Made by a program: the position numbers and the translations under genes. A stretch of DNA of 63,590 nt, the filler included, from Octopus bimaculoides (lineage: Eukaryota): the NCBI RefSeq assembly GCF_001194135.2. It is 6 parts of 6 records of this genome, joined end to end, with 100 filler letters (N's around TTAATTAATTAA, not from the genome) between each part and the next. Parts side by side here need not be neighbours in the genome. Positions count along the whole stretch, not along the records: positions 20,205 to 30,310 come from NC_068998.1; positions 30,411 to 46,423 come from NC_068990.1; 4 more parts are not named here. The stretch is one strand, 5' to 3'. This document shows positions 23,325-36,461 of this stretch, in pieces. Numbering within the stretch: the stretch's first letter is position 1; each line of letters opens with the position of its first letter. The notes below the pieces were generated by a model. That model did not search any database. It saw only the letters and a program-made list of their open reading frames with translations, and was not told where the DNA came from.

Positions 23325-26300
23325 TAATCGTTGTTGTTATTGCTGTTCTCGTTTCATTGTAGACAGATGTATTTGCTTACCGCTGGAAATAATTTTTTTT
23401 TTTAAATTCGATTAATTTACAAACAGATGTTTGCACGTCTATTCCAATTCTTAGGGTAAACAATAGATCTGCGTTTGAGACATTAGATTTCTCTGGAAAA
23501 TTTTTCTTTACATTTTTTAATAAGACTTTTTTTCTACTGGAGGAGAAAGAGGAGCTAAAAGCAAAGATTGAAGTACTTTATAAGTTCCTGAAAAAAAACA
23601 TAAGATAAGTTTCTAATTCCACGGAAACTAATTTAAAAAAAAAAAAAAAGGATAAATGAAATTTTTTTTGTAGCTATATAAACTGACGAAATTATTCTGA
23701 AACAGACTCACGAATATAATCAGTATTTGGCACTTGAAAACACAAATATGACCGACATGAAAAGTACTAAAAGCAAGAGCAACGACGAAAATCGATAAGA
23801 TATTAATAAAATAAATTCATTGTTTGTATTACAAAACAGGCAGGTATAAACACGGATCGAATCCAGTGAAAGAAAGGAGTGTGGAATTAGGTCAACTTCA
23901 TCACTTAGATGTACGTCTTCAGTTCTCAATTGTCTCCTGTATTTTCATATCAATTTGAATACGGAGTGGAGCTTCTTTTGGTTTTCGTGATCATCTTCCG
24001 AGTCCAAATTCCGCCGGGGTCAACTTTGCATTTCATCCTTTCGGGGTTGATGAAATAAGTACTAGTTACGCACTGGGGTAGATGTAACCGACCATCTTTC
24101 TCCTTAATAACGGTTGTTATTTGTTAAATTTAGCATTTGTTGACATCGGTCGTGCGTCGCTTCGCTTTCAGCAATATTGGATTCTGCCATATTTCATTTA
24201 ATGAAAAAAATAATTAAAAAATGGATTATTTGCAAACAAGAGATTTCTGGAATTCTTGACAAAATATTTGTCTTTTAAGCATTTATTTAACTTTTCGAAA
24301 AGAAAAAAAAAAGAAAAAAAGTGTTCATTTCCAAATCTTTAAAGATGGCTTCTTCCTCGTCTGGAGGAGAGGCAAGAGTAAATATCGGGAAATCGAGGAA
24401 AAAATAGTTAAAGATTGTGAAAATAGAAGAAAAAAAAAAAAAGAAAATACAGAATATAAAAATAAATTCTAGACAAATAAAAAAGAGAATGGTAACAATT
24501 TAAACAAACATATGCGATTTACAAACACAAACATACACATTGACACTTCGGAAAATTTACAGAAAAAGAAAAAACGTAAGTGTAGAAATCTGCAATGTAA
24601 ATGCAGTCACTGGTAATTAATAACCAAAATAATTTTCACGATGATGTGCTATTATAAATATATTTTCTAATGTTTGGAACCAAAAAGCGGCATTACATAT
24701 AGGTTAGCTCTCTGAAAACATACAGGAAATTGTAGAAGTAAACCACAATAAATGAGCTTTCTTGTTTGACGATTTTATCAAACAAAAGGCAAAAAGGAAA
24801 AGTACATAACTCTGCCTCTCGAAAAGCGGAGAGGTTTTAAGTGTGCCCGCAAAGGAGCAATTAAAAGAAGCCTTGGCAAAATTTGTGAGACTGTGTCTCT
24901 ACTATCTGTCAATGGAAGAGTTACAGAACCACACGCGCCTTGTTTTTAAAACTGAGTATTGGTTAAAGAGGTAGGCGAAGTTGGTGCTTCATACATCAGT
25001 CCATACACAAATATCGCGATACATGGATTTTATGGTTGCGTGAAGCATAGATGCTTTTCTAATGGAATTCTATGAACTCTTTGAAGAAGACAATGAGGAT
25101 GAATTAGTGATTAGCGAGGTGGAATTGCTAATTAAAAGGTGTAGACGCTAACTGGACCAACCACATTCACTGGTTACAAAATTAGAAATGATCTAATTAT
25201 AAATCTCACAGAGAGATATAAGCAGCAGTGTTACGATAAAGCAGTTGTTTACTGTCAACTTAATGTGACAGACCCATTAAGGGAATCATACTGCTACTAT
25301 TTAGCCCTAGGTAGCTAGACCGCTTCCTGTTGGCCTTGACACATTTCCTGTGTCTCCACCCAGCTTTAGTCTGCATTCAGGGACATGTTTCTGAGTCATT
25401 GCTCGTCATCAGCCTGAAGTAGCCGACCAGCAGCTGGTTGAGAAAAAATAATCATATACATATATCATCATCATCATCATCATCATCATCGTCGTCAGTG
25501 TCTCACGTTGTACACAACAAATTTATGTTTTGAAATTGAATAACAATAAAACCTCGTCAACTTTCAAAACCTGTTCTGCATAATTCTTATAAAAAAAATT
25601 AAAAAACAAGGAAAAAGTTAACAAGTTTCGTGTTTCAATTTCAACGTTACTCAGTCTCAACACCAACTCCTCCTCCCTCCTCCCACCCACAAAACAAACA
25701 AATTATTTGTGTTTTCCCGTGCCAGTGTCCCTATGACAACAGAAGAAAAAAAAATGATTTTTCGTTTATTGTCATGTTTCAAAGATTTCTCAGTTCTTTT
25801 GCCAAGTCTAAATAATTTCCAATATTTTTTTTTTCTGTTAGTGTAGTAAAAAAATTACGATGTTTTATACTACGCTTCCATTTTCTCCCCACCTCTCTCT
25901 CTCTCTCTCACTCACTCTCCTTCTCTCTCTCTTTCACACCCACTCACTCCTTTTCTTCATTGCTGTCATATACATTCTCCAAGTTTCCGTTGTTATATAA
26001 CCAGTGCTTACAGAGAAATCACACATTTTTTATGGTAGTAGTTTAACAGTGACAGATTTCAGCAAGTGCTGCTCTCACCTTTCATCTGCTTTGAATCCAA
26101 ACTTTCCACTAACTTCACAGTTTTTATTCTCCCTACATACTGCCATGTCTTCTTTTTATTCTCTTCTTTTCGTGCCATCTTGCAACATTCGTAGACTAAT
26201 TCATTGATAAGATTAACAGCTTTATGCTTTGACGCATAATCAAAACTCAGTGTCTCGCTGGGCGCCTTGCTGGTTTCTGTCTCCGTTTACTTCTTAAAGT

Positions 26301-26639
26301 TTATTCTAACCATTGGTTCTCGTTTAGTAACCAGCGGGGTGTGTGGCTCTCTATCACTTTTCCAGTGCTTCATCTTCCATCGAAGTCTTTGTTCTGCTCC
26401 TATTAAAACTCTAATATTCTTTTCCTACTTTCACTTATTGGAATTTATTACCACGCTGAGGCATTCGTTTTAAAGGTTTAGTCGATATATCAGTTGTAAA
26501 ATTTATTATAGATTGGTACTTGCTTTATTGCACTCACAAGAATGAAAGGTACATTTAATCCGAGTGTGATTTGAACGTAGAACTTAAAAGGACTTAAATA
26601 TTGGTTTCGAATTTTAGCAGAAGTTTCGTGGAAGAGGAT

Positions 26640-26984
26640 GGTCGATCACATCGATACTAGTGCTCAACAGCTACTTATTCTATCGACCCCGAAAGAATGA
26701 AAGGTAAAGTTGACCCCGACGGCATTTGAATTCAGAAGATAAAGTCGGAAGACACAACGCTAAGCATTTTGTCCGGCGTGGTAACGATTCTGCCAGCTCG
26801 CTGCCTTAAAATGTACTTAGGAGTGACTGTGTGGTAAGTAGCTTGCTTATGAACCACATGGTTCCGGGTTCAGTCCCACTGCGTGGCACCTTGGGCAAGT
26901 GTTTTCTACTATAGCCTCGGGCCGACAAAAGCCTTGTGACTGGATTTAGTAGACGAAAGCTGAAAGAAGCCCGTCGTATATATG

Positions 26985-27019
<35 letters not shown>

Positions 27020-27082
27020 TTGTGTGTCTGTCCTCCAACATCGCTTGACAACCGATGCTGGTGTGTTTACGTCCCCGTAACA
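26640..27082. mobile_element. Head-to-head SINE pair: family B (minus, 26640-26808) and family A (plus, 26818-27082)
   Basis: Both match other copies; heads about 10 bp apart. Confidence 0.85.
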
Positions 27083-27345
27083 TAGTACCCGTGGCTCTCC
27101 TCTTTTGATCTACAGCTACCTTGAGGCCTTCTCTGCCGCTTCGTTGGTACTGCGGATGGCCTACCTCCTTCTCACTCCCTGCTGAAGGTTCTGGTCAGGA
27201 AACGGGCTATGAAACCCCTGCATCCATACACGTGCGATCACGCGCACGCACAGACACACACATATTATATATGCTAATCATTATCACATTATCATGATTA
27301 AGATTGTTGCTAGTATATTTTTCTCTGTTGTTCCCCTCCAAACAG

Positions 27346-27396
27346 GTTCAAGTGGTTGCAGAAAGAGACCCAGTTCGGTTATTGAATGAAACCAAG
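27346..27396 (+). CDS. CCDC148: Internal exon resembling the C-terminal region of coiled-coil domain-containing protein 148
   Basis: Acceptor TTCTCTGTTGTTCCCCTCCAAACAG| and donor AAG|GTAAGA; 51 nt, phase 0-0. VQVVAERDPVRLLNETK resembles vertebrate CCDC148 VAVVAQFDPVRMMSDT as I recall it. Only one exon seen. Confidence 0.5.
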
Positions 27397-27546
27397 GTAA
27401 GAAAACAGTTTACACTTTAAATCTCAGTCATCGCCATTAATCTGGTTTATCTTGTTTACCTATATCAGCATTAATAATTAGAAAAAAACAAACAAACAAG
27501 AACATACACATAGCAGCATAGGCGCACACGCACACACACACACACG

Positions 27547-27585
<39 letters not shown>

Positions 27586-27814
27586 TCACACACTCAAATG
27601 CTCACATGCACACACGCAGTTTTAAGGAGAGAAATATCTATTTCTGTGTTCGTGCTGTGTGTGTTTACATTCTTATTTCACCTACAGGGATGGCTTTTAA
27701 TGTGTTTATATATAAACAAGTTCTCCTCGTTTGCGCTGTTATGCATATGTCCGTCTGTCTGTCTGTCTGTCTGTCTTTCGGTCTGTCTGTCTGTCTGTCT
27801 GAGAGTCTGTCTCT

Positions 27815-27928
<114 letters not shown>

Positions 27929-27980
27929 ATCTATGTGACTATCTATCTATTTGTCGGTCTCTGTGCCTGTCTCTCTCATA

Positions 27981-28277
27981 CAGTACGATCGTTTCATGCG
28001 ACTCCATTTAATTGAACAATGCAATCTACATCAAGCTGCACAAAGATATAGAATTTAATTAAATTAGAACATATGGAGATATTAGTATAATTATACCTAA
28101 AATCTCCAAGAGGTTAAGGAGATAGACAAAGAACATGTTGTCTTCACTTGAGCATAGAAGTAACTTCTATTTAATTAAATTCTATGTCTTTGTGCAGCTG
28201 GCGATTGCTCTGCATTTTAAATTGATGTAATGATTTCCTTGTTCAATTAAATGGAGTTGCATGAAACGATCGTACTG
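27981..28277. mobile_element. MITE with long (about 85-105 bp) TIRs, Tc1/mariner-like TA target
   Basis: Left CAGTACGATCGTTTCATGCGACTCCATTTAATTGAACAA... matches the reverse complement of the right end ...TTGTTCAATTAAATGGAGTTGCATGAAACGATCGTACTG. Flanks TA / CA. Confidence 0.8.
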
Positions 28278-28408
28278 CATTACCTCTGGATATACTTGTT
28301 GCTTATTTTGATTTTAATCACCTCACTTTGAAATTGTATGGATAATAACTGTACAAAATTCTGGTGCCTCAACTTAAGTACCATATTCATCTGAATCTAA
28401 ACTTTTGC

Positions 28409-28467
<59 letters not shown>

Positions 28468-28470
28468 TTA

Positions 28471-28552
28471 GAGAGAGAGAGAGAAAAAGAGAGAGAGAGA
28501 GAAAAAGAGAGAGAGAGAGAAAAAGAGAGAGAGAGAGAAAAAGAGAGAGAGA
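28471..28552. repeat. 18-bp higher-order repeat built from (GA)n plus AAAAA
   Basis: GAAAAA at 28483, 28501, 28519 and 28537. Confidence 0.9.
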
Positions 28553-28940
28553 TAGAAGAAGAGAGAGAGATGCATACATACGCACACACACACATATACA
28601 CAGACTGTAGAAATGAAAGGCAAATAAATGGAAAAGATAAAAGAAAAAATATTTTATAAATTGAAATTTACTTTATTATAATGTTCGGCACATCTTGTTT
28701 TGGCATTCTAAGTACATCGTCAGTACACCACAGGTAATCAAGAGAGAAACCAAATTCGTTTCAGGTTTTGCTAATCAAATTCCACAATATTTTCATTGAT
28801 TTTCTCAAAGATATTTCCTTATAAAAATTGCTTCTTTCATAGAAATACTTCCAAGATGTGAATTTCATATGTCCCCGCAACTTAAAATCTATAGGAAAAA
28901 AAAAAAGAAAGGATAGGAAAATGAAAAAATCGAGAGCTGC

Positions 28941-28996
<56 letters not shown>

Positions 28997-29199
28997 TTGG
29001 TAGCAGTGGTGGTGGTGCTGCTGCAGGTGCTGGTTGAGATGGTGGTATTTTCAATATTTGTAAAGAATTTGTCAACTGCTTCGGATGGCTTTAATTTTAT
29101 GTTTTCTATTTTCTGCACGGATTTTTGAAATCCTGTGTGAAGGAACATTCGAGATTTCTTCTTCAACTGTATCTCACAGAAAGCTGAAATATCTTTAAT

Positions 29200-29420
29200 C
29201 TTTTATTCGCTTAAGCCAAAGGGCTGCACTGCGGCCATGCTGGGGCACAGTCATGAAGGGTTTTAGACGAAAGAATCGATACCCGTACTTATTTGTTATA
29301 AACCCTGGTACTTATTCCATCGGTTCCTTTAGCCGGACTGCTAAGTTACAGGGACGTAAACAAACGAACACCGGTTGTCAAGCCATTAGAAAGGGACAAA
29401 CACAAAGACAAACGAACACT
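29200..29420 (-). mobile_element. SINE family A 3' portion, diverged
   Basis: CTGCGGCCATGCTGGGGCAC...TAAGTTACAGGGACGTAAACA...GGTTGTCAAGC. Confidence 0.75.
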
Positions 29421-29457
29421 TGTATATAACTTCTCTTTTTATCTATCTACGTATCTC

Positions 29458-29493
<36 letters not shown>

Positions 29494-29542
29494 ATGTATC
29501 TAACTATCTATCTATCTATCTATACATACATACATACATACA

Positions 29543-29575
<33 letters not shown>

Positions 29576-29595
29576 GCATACATACATACATATGT

Positions 29596-29685
<90 letters not shown>

Positions 29686-29719
29686 ATATGTATATATAGT
29701 TAAACCCAGCCCCCCTCCA

Positions 29720-29915
29720 AAAATCGAAGAAAAACAACCAGAAAAGAAAACAGCAACGCGAAGATGTGGTACGTACAAAGTATTAGCAGACGCCCAGGGA
29801 AGGAAAGAAAGGCGGTTTTTACATTTCGAGCAAAGCTCTTTTTCATGAACAGGGGACAGAGGAAAGTCTAAGAGAAAAGGAAGACGGAGAAAAAAAAAAT
29901 CGCCAACGATTCACA
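29720..29915 (-). mobile_element. Probable Penelope-like pseudo-LTR fragment
   Basis: ACATTTCGAGCAAAGCTCTTTTTCATG resembles the reverse complement of the CTGATGA...GCTCGAAA motif seen at 5627-5680. Confidence 0.4.
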
Positions 29916-30261
29916 TGTGGTTACATTTTGAATATATGGCGGCGGCGGTGGTGGTAATAGTGATGGTTGTGCTGATGCAGGTTTCCGGTAATGGTGGTGG
30001 TGGTGCTGGTGCTGGTACTAACAGTGGTGATAATGACGGTTGTGTTGGTAGTGGTGGTGGTAGTGATCGGTGTGGGAGCGGGGATGGTGGAAGATGGAAA
30101 CCATCATTGTTGCATGTTAATGTATGGAAGTGTAATGTTTCGTGTTACCTGGTGTGTAGTCGTCACGTGACGTTGTGTTTAGTAATTTTTGTGCTGTTGC
30201 ACTTACTACTGTTGGTGCACTTGTGTGCATACTCATACACACACATACATACATACATACA

Positions 30262-30297
<36 letters not shown>

Positions 30298-30310
30298 TAA
30301 ATAAATATAT

Positions 30311-30410
30311 NNNNNNNNNNNNNNNNNNNNNNNNNNNNNNNNNNNNNNNNNNNNTTAATTAATTAANNNNNNNNNNNNNNNNNNNNNNNNNNNNNNNNNN
30401 NNNNNNNNNN
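30311..30410. other. Artificial scaffold linker
   Basis: 44N-TTAATTAATTAA-44N. Confidence 0.95.
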
Positions 30411-30723
30411 TCACTATTCTCTCTCCTACACTGTCTTGCAACACGAAATACCTCGAGTCTTTGGTCCTCACGGCGCAGAACATTGGCAAATCTTTCCTTA
30501 TCTGCTTCCCCTCTGGCTAAATAAACCTGTCGCCTAGCCTCCCTTCTGGCACATTGGTACAATTCCCTGCTACCACCGTTCTTCCAGTCCTTCCAAGCCT
30601 GTTTCTTTTGTCTAATAGCCCTGTCTACCTCCTTGTTCCACCACCACGTTACTCTGGGTTGGGAGGGGACCTTACACCACCCACAAATCTGGTCGGTGGC
30701 TTTCAACAGGTTGTCCCGCAGAA
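30411..30723 (-). mobile_element. RTE-clade LINE ORF2 fragment (between endonuclease and RT), 5'-truncated
   Basis: Open frame LRDNLLKATDQICGWCKVPSQPRVTWWWNKEVDRAIRQKKQAWKDWKNGGSRELYQCARREARRQVYLARGEADKERFANVLRREDQRLEVFRVARQ. The TWWWN..V..AI..KK motif is typical of RTE ORF2. Confidence 0.85.
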
Positions 30724-30727
30724 TATA

Positions 30728-30945
30728 TAAAGGCAGTAAACTGGCAGAAACATTTGCACGCCAAGCAAAATGCTTAGCAATGTCATCCATCTTTATGCTT
30801 CAAGTCCAAAATCTGCTGAGGTCAACTTTGCCTTTCATCCATTTAGGGTCGATAAAATAAGTACCATTTGAATACTGGGATTGATGTAATTGACTTTCTC
30901 CCTTCTCCCAAATTGCAGGCCTTGTGCCAAAATTTGAAAACAATA
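30728..30945 (+). mobile_element. SINE family B (CpG-decayed)
   Basis: Matches family B from head to the GGCCTTGTGCCAAAATTTGAAA tail. Confidence 0.85.
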
Positions 30946-31006
30946 TATAATATATATATTTATAGTGAAGTTATTGTATGCAGTGTTTAAGTGCACTACA
31001 AACCCA

Positions 31007-31290
31007 TCAGAAAAAGCAGCCAAAAGTGCATGAACAGTACATAGAATGTGAGCAGGAAGTGAACAGTAAATGAGTCATTTTAAAAAAAGAATGGAGAGGG
31101 GAGTACTGTTGGCAAATTTCAGGAAGCGTGGAAGTTTCGAAGGATGTAGTGTCCCGACAGCTAACAACTGATGCAAATAGTTTATTCCTTGCTTCAGCGA
31201 TTCTGAGTGTGAAAAAATGTTTCCAAAAGTCATGGGTGCTGTGTTGTTTTTTGATTTTGTAAGTATACCCATGAGTGTTAGGCATATAGA
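31007..31290 (-). mobile_element. CR1-type LINE 3' end
   Basis: NTHGYTYKIKKQHSTHDFWKHFFTLRIAEARNKLFASVVSC matches the CR1 C-terminal pattern TRGH..K......R..FF..R....WN.LP..VV. Confidence 0.75.
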
Positions 31291-32791
31291 ATTCAAAAAG
31301 GTGCCCAAGGTTGTTGTTGGAAAGATTATGAATAATTTTATGGATGTCTACAAAGTCAGTTGCCAGACATCAGAGCTTTAATAGTAAGTGACTAAGTAAT
31401 TTATGTAAAGAACTTGTAATTTTAACTATGCAATATATGTTTTTTAAATATCTGAATCTAAATAATACTAAGCACACTATATATAAGTCTTATCTATTTC
31501 CTTGAATAATATATAGGCTGACAGGATATTAAAATATAAGATAGATTTGAAACAATTTATTTTTTTTATAAAATGCATTTAGTCTGTTTTGAAAATTCAC
31601 GACTTGTTATTTATGCAATGTTTCACTATTCTTTACTTCAAAATAATTTGAAAAGTAATTCAAAATAAATAAAATTAAAGCTATTGAATTGTTTTGAGTT
31701 TTTTTTTTTTCTTTTTAGGTTAAAGAACTTATGTATGAAAGAAATTCACTTATAACACATTATTAATTTATGAAATTTTAGTTAATGACACTTAACAGTA
31801 AAAAAATAAAATGCATTCATTTTGGCATGAAAGAGAATATAAAATTATTTAGAAAATTCTGCATATCTATTATCACCTTGTAATTAAAGTAAGCTAAAAA
31901 GAAAATTGTATTTAATATTTTATCGGTCAGAAAATTTAGTGAATAACTTATCTACTTATTTCTTTTTTATTAAAATATACTTGAAGATATCAATTGTCAA
32001 TAGGGAAATTATAATGTATTAAGTCTTGTCACTGAAGGATTATGTTATACATAGGATTTGCATAGACTGATAGTGGAAACCTATTAAATATATTATTAAT
32101 AGTAGTAAAATATCAAATCCCTTTATCTAGCAGGCAACAAACTCTTCATTTTTATAGTAATTGATGAAAATCTCTCTTGACAGACTACACTTGAAATGTA
32201 TCCTACTACACATACCCTCGTGATACAGTTATCCATATAAATAATGGTTTACTTAAGAAATTCTGATATAAACATACATACAACATAAAATTTGATACAT
32301 GGTTAATTTACATCCTTTTAGCAAACCATTCCCTTCAAAATTTATATTTGACATAGCATCTTTTATTTGTCATTATGAATCAAGGGAGCTTCTATTAAAT
32401 TGCTTGACATGCTAGTTCTGTATTTTCTAATGGATACATTAGATAATACAGTATTTGATATACAAAAAGACAGGATGATCATCGCCAAAATGTCTTTTAT
32501 CTGAAATTTGTAAAGTTGGAACTGTCGAGGGGCTAAACAACAACACAACTAACTTTAAATGTTATCTATTTCATTACAGCTGAATTTTATATATTGTTGA
32601 ATTAAATAAAATTCCTGATATCAATACATATTTAAACATCCTTAATTCTTGTAAAGTATTCTCAGAAAATAGTTCAATCGACAAATGAAATTATTTTCTC
32701 AATTGTTTGGATTTTTATCAACGGTAACAAGTCTTGTGTTCACTTTTCTTTGTTTAATGAAATTTGTATGAGATCCGTTTAGAAGGAATAA

Positions 32792-33017
32792 TTAACCTTT
32801 TAGTATTAAAACCAGCCACATCTGGCCCAAATATTCTGCTTGATCTATGCTCAAACTGACTAGATTTAGTTTCTCATACCTATCCCATGGTGTTGTCCTA
32901 AAAATAAACAATTGCATCATTGAAATCTTAGATCTACAAGTTTATGGATGATTAATTCAAAACAATGTGAATGAAGAAGCATTACATTTCACAGAGTAAT
33001 CTAAATGCTAGAGGATA
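32792..33017. mobile_element. TTAA-flanked MITE (piggyBac/Kolobok-like ends)
   Basis: TTAACCTTTTAGTATT...TAAATGCTAGAGG; homologous to 48610-48838. Confidence 0.65.
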
Positions 33018-36000
33018 GAATAAATGACTGAAAGCAAATCTAAAACCTACCTGCCTGATACTATCTTCTGGGTCAATGATACAAATCTAAAACCATTTAC
33101 CATAGTTTTATGTATGATTCTTCTGTTATGTTCCAAACACCACCTTAATAACGAAGTCATTAATTTTACTAAATGCCTCCAATTATTTTATTATTTAAAA
33201 AAATTATCTGAAACAGATGCATTGTGTGCTCTATTAGAAATGTGATAATGAAAGGGTTGATATGCTTACATGAGTTTTTTTTAATTAAAGTTTCTTTAAT
33301 ATAGCTGCTTACATGCTAAGTATTTAAAAAAAACTTGTAACATCCATTTTTCACTTTTAAGTGTTGATTTTGTAGAGGATTTATATATACAGAATGGATG
33401 CAGCCATATCTGTGTGGCTACAAAATTAACTTTGTAACCATACACTTTCTTAGTTTTGGGTTCCATCTTAGTGCATGTCACTTTAGGCAAGTATTTTCTA
33501 CTTAGGCCTTGTCAGTAAACATTTGGTAAATGAAAGTTGTTTGAAAGCTGTTGTGTATGTTTATATGTGTCTGATATGTATGTATGTGTGTGTGAGTGTT
33601 TGTGTGTACAGGTATTTTCTTCAGTGTGTCTTCACACTGACACTGTCTGAACAAAAATGGCAACACTTGTTTACATTTCTGATAAGCAAAATATGTCATA
33701 GATCAGCAATTTCAGTAGTTTTGATGTGTACAGAGTAACTGAATAAAAATACCTTACTTCAAAGCCAGTAAGTGTTGTAGACAGGAAAGGTATCTGGTTG
33801 TAGAACACCGCCTTAATAAATCTTATCTAATCCATGCCAACACAGAAAAAGTGGGTATAAAAATACTGATGATAATGTGCAATATTTTTTGCATGAAAGT
33901 GAATTATTTGAAATATCTTTCTTGTATATGCATTTAAAACCAATCGTTAGCTCTAAATAGTATACTGCAATGTCAGTTGTACTGAAATTACATTCCTGTT
34001 CTAGTTTCATTTTGAAGGAACATTTGAATGTTCCATTGGGGTGGTCTTTACATGTAGTTAAAATTTATTGAACCATTTCAGAATTTGCACTTAAATCTGT
34101 AAATTTAAACTACTTATGAATTAGCCTTTATCAATAAATTCTCAATAGCTATATTTTACTACTTAGGAATATAATTCCCACTTCCCTGAAAAATATGATA
34201 CATGTGAGCACCAGAACAAATTTTGAAAGAAGTCTACTCTTCATTTTGAAATGTTAGTTTTTACCACAAGTAGCAGTTATAAAATAGCTTCGTAGCAATG
34301 GGTATATGTTTGAAAATTTTTCAAATATGTAATTAGAAGATTCAAACAGTTTATTTTCAATTATATAAAGCAACCATCTTTCTTCATATTTTTCTTGTAG
34401 TCATTTAATAAATACAACTTCTTAAATTTACTTGATAAACTAAAACTACTTGATTAATCAGATTATAAAAAGAAATAAAGAAAAGACGAAAAGAAAATCT
34501 GCAGTCAATTTTCAAATGACAAATGGATATTAAAGTTTTTTGATAACAATGTTTCAGTCTTTCCATTTAATTATATGTTACTTTAAGAATACTTACTGAT
34601 ATTACTTCACTTTTTTTTTTATTGTAACTTTGTAGTTTCTTTACTTTCTTTATAAAATCGATTATTACAATTATTAAGTTTTTAAAGATTTTTTTATTAT
34701 TATTCTTATTAATAGTTTTACCCAAGTTACGTTTGCAGAAATTTATCATTATCATTTATGAGATATGACTGAAATGACTTCTTTTTCTAGTAAATCGCTT
34801 GTTTTATAGGTAAAATAATCATGCCAACATCAAAATAGTTCCATTGTTTGAAATAATTTTCTTTGGAACCGACTCAGTATCTTATTTCCTAAATTCATTT
34901 CTATCTCTTAGATAGATGAAATATGCAAAATTTTGATCTGATTAGAAGGAAGATAAATCTAAAACATTTTATTTATAATTTATCACTAGAAATTTTCAAG
35001 AAGTTACTTTTATAAAAATGTTTTATTTCAAAAGATGAGAGATAACATGTTGCAATATTTTCATGTTTTATACTTCATATTAATGACCAGAGATAAATGA
35101 AAATCAAATAAGAAAATTTGTTTAAAATTTTACGCTTTTCATTTTGCAGTTTTTAATCAGTTTAATAGCTTAATTTATATTTTTGTTTTTATAAAAATGT
35201 TTGAAATTTTTAGCATCTGAGTCAATATTTCCGTGTATCAACTTTTGTATTTATATAAATAAGAAGCTGACAGTTTATGAAATAAAATTAAATTAAAACT
35301 ATTCTAATTGAAATAAATTCAGACTTGGTTCCCTCACAATCATATCTTTGATTTTAATGTTGTAACTGACTTTAAAATAGATTTATATGCTGTTTTATTG
35401 TATCCTATAAGTTGGTTCTGGATATATCAAGACTAGACTTTTTGGAGGTTTATAGCTGTCAAATTACAATATATATTGATGTAAGATATCACCTACTGCT
35501 TAAGAGATGTTTTTTTTACCTTTGTGTGTGTGTGTTTGTGTTTCTGTGTGTCTGTTTTTCTCAAACTACAATGTCACTTGTATTCAGCTTGTGTCATCAT
35601 ATGATTATTACTAATCTTTACATTTGAAAAATGTGCTATTTGAAAGTAATTCTTTGCAGGTTCAATCTGAGTTCAGGTAATCGAAAATAGAGTTGGAAAA
35701 CAAACATTAGGCATTTTGTGTAAAGAAAACTCATTTAGCATTTAACATAGAATGAGAACAAATTGAAAGAATTGGATTAGTGAGCATTTAACATTATTAA
35801 TAGTTAAAAGTATCTAGCTAGATTAAAAGTTCTCTCTGGGTTGTAAATAATAAAGTAAAACTTGTTTGAGAATTCAGGCTAAATAGGAAAATGAGAAGCA
35901 TTTCTGTTCATTTGTTTGAACTATCATAAAAATATAGTTTTAGATAATGAGTAATTGAGATAATAATATTGTTGAGAGAAGCATCAGACAATATGCCTAT

Positions 36001-36461
36001 TACAATGTCTGATTCCAAGGACAATATCAATACAAAAAGCAGCTCCAGTATGTCTGCAGAAAATCCAGATTCCAGTGAAGTCGACAGATTCTGATCAAAT
36101 TAAGCGATCTAGAAGACAGTGAAAGAATATTCGCTGTTGAGAACTTCTCAAAACTGTGAAAAAGAAACCTCTGGTCACGCATGCACCTCAGATATACAAT
36201 CCTGTCTTGAAGAAATTTACTCCAATGATTTATACCTGACTGTAATAATGATCACAGAATATTGTTTTGACTGTACTGGTGTTTGTTCAAGTTATCCTGC
36301 ATTAAGTTTTTAAATTTAACTGTAATAATAATAATAATAATAATAATAATACAATAATAATGATTTCATTTATTTGCCACCAGTGCTGATGAAGGAGACA
36401 GTACAAAGGCTGACACAAATTGTGGGGATTTACATATAATGAAATGATAATAATAATAATA

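Noticed and set aside
35960-36096. Plus-strand peptide LREASDNMPITMSDSKDNINTKSSSSMSAENPDSSEVDRF*
   Set aside because: In-frame stop just upstream and no credible acceptor.
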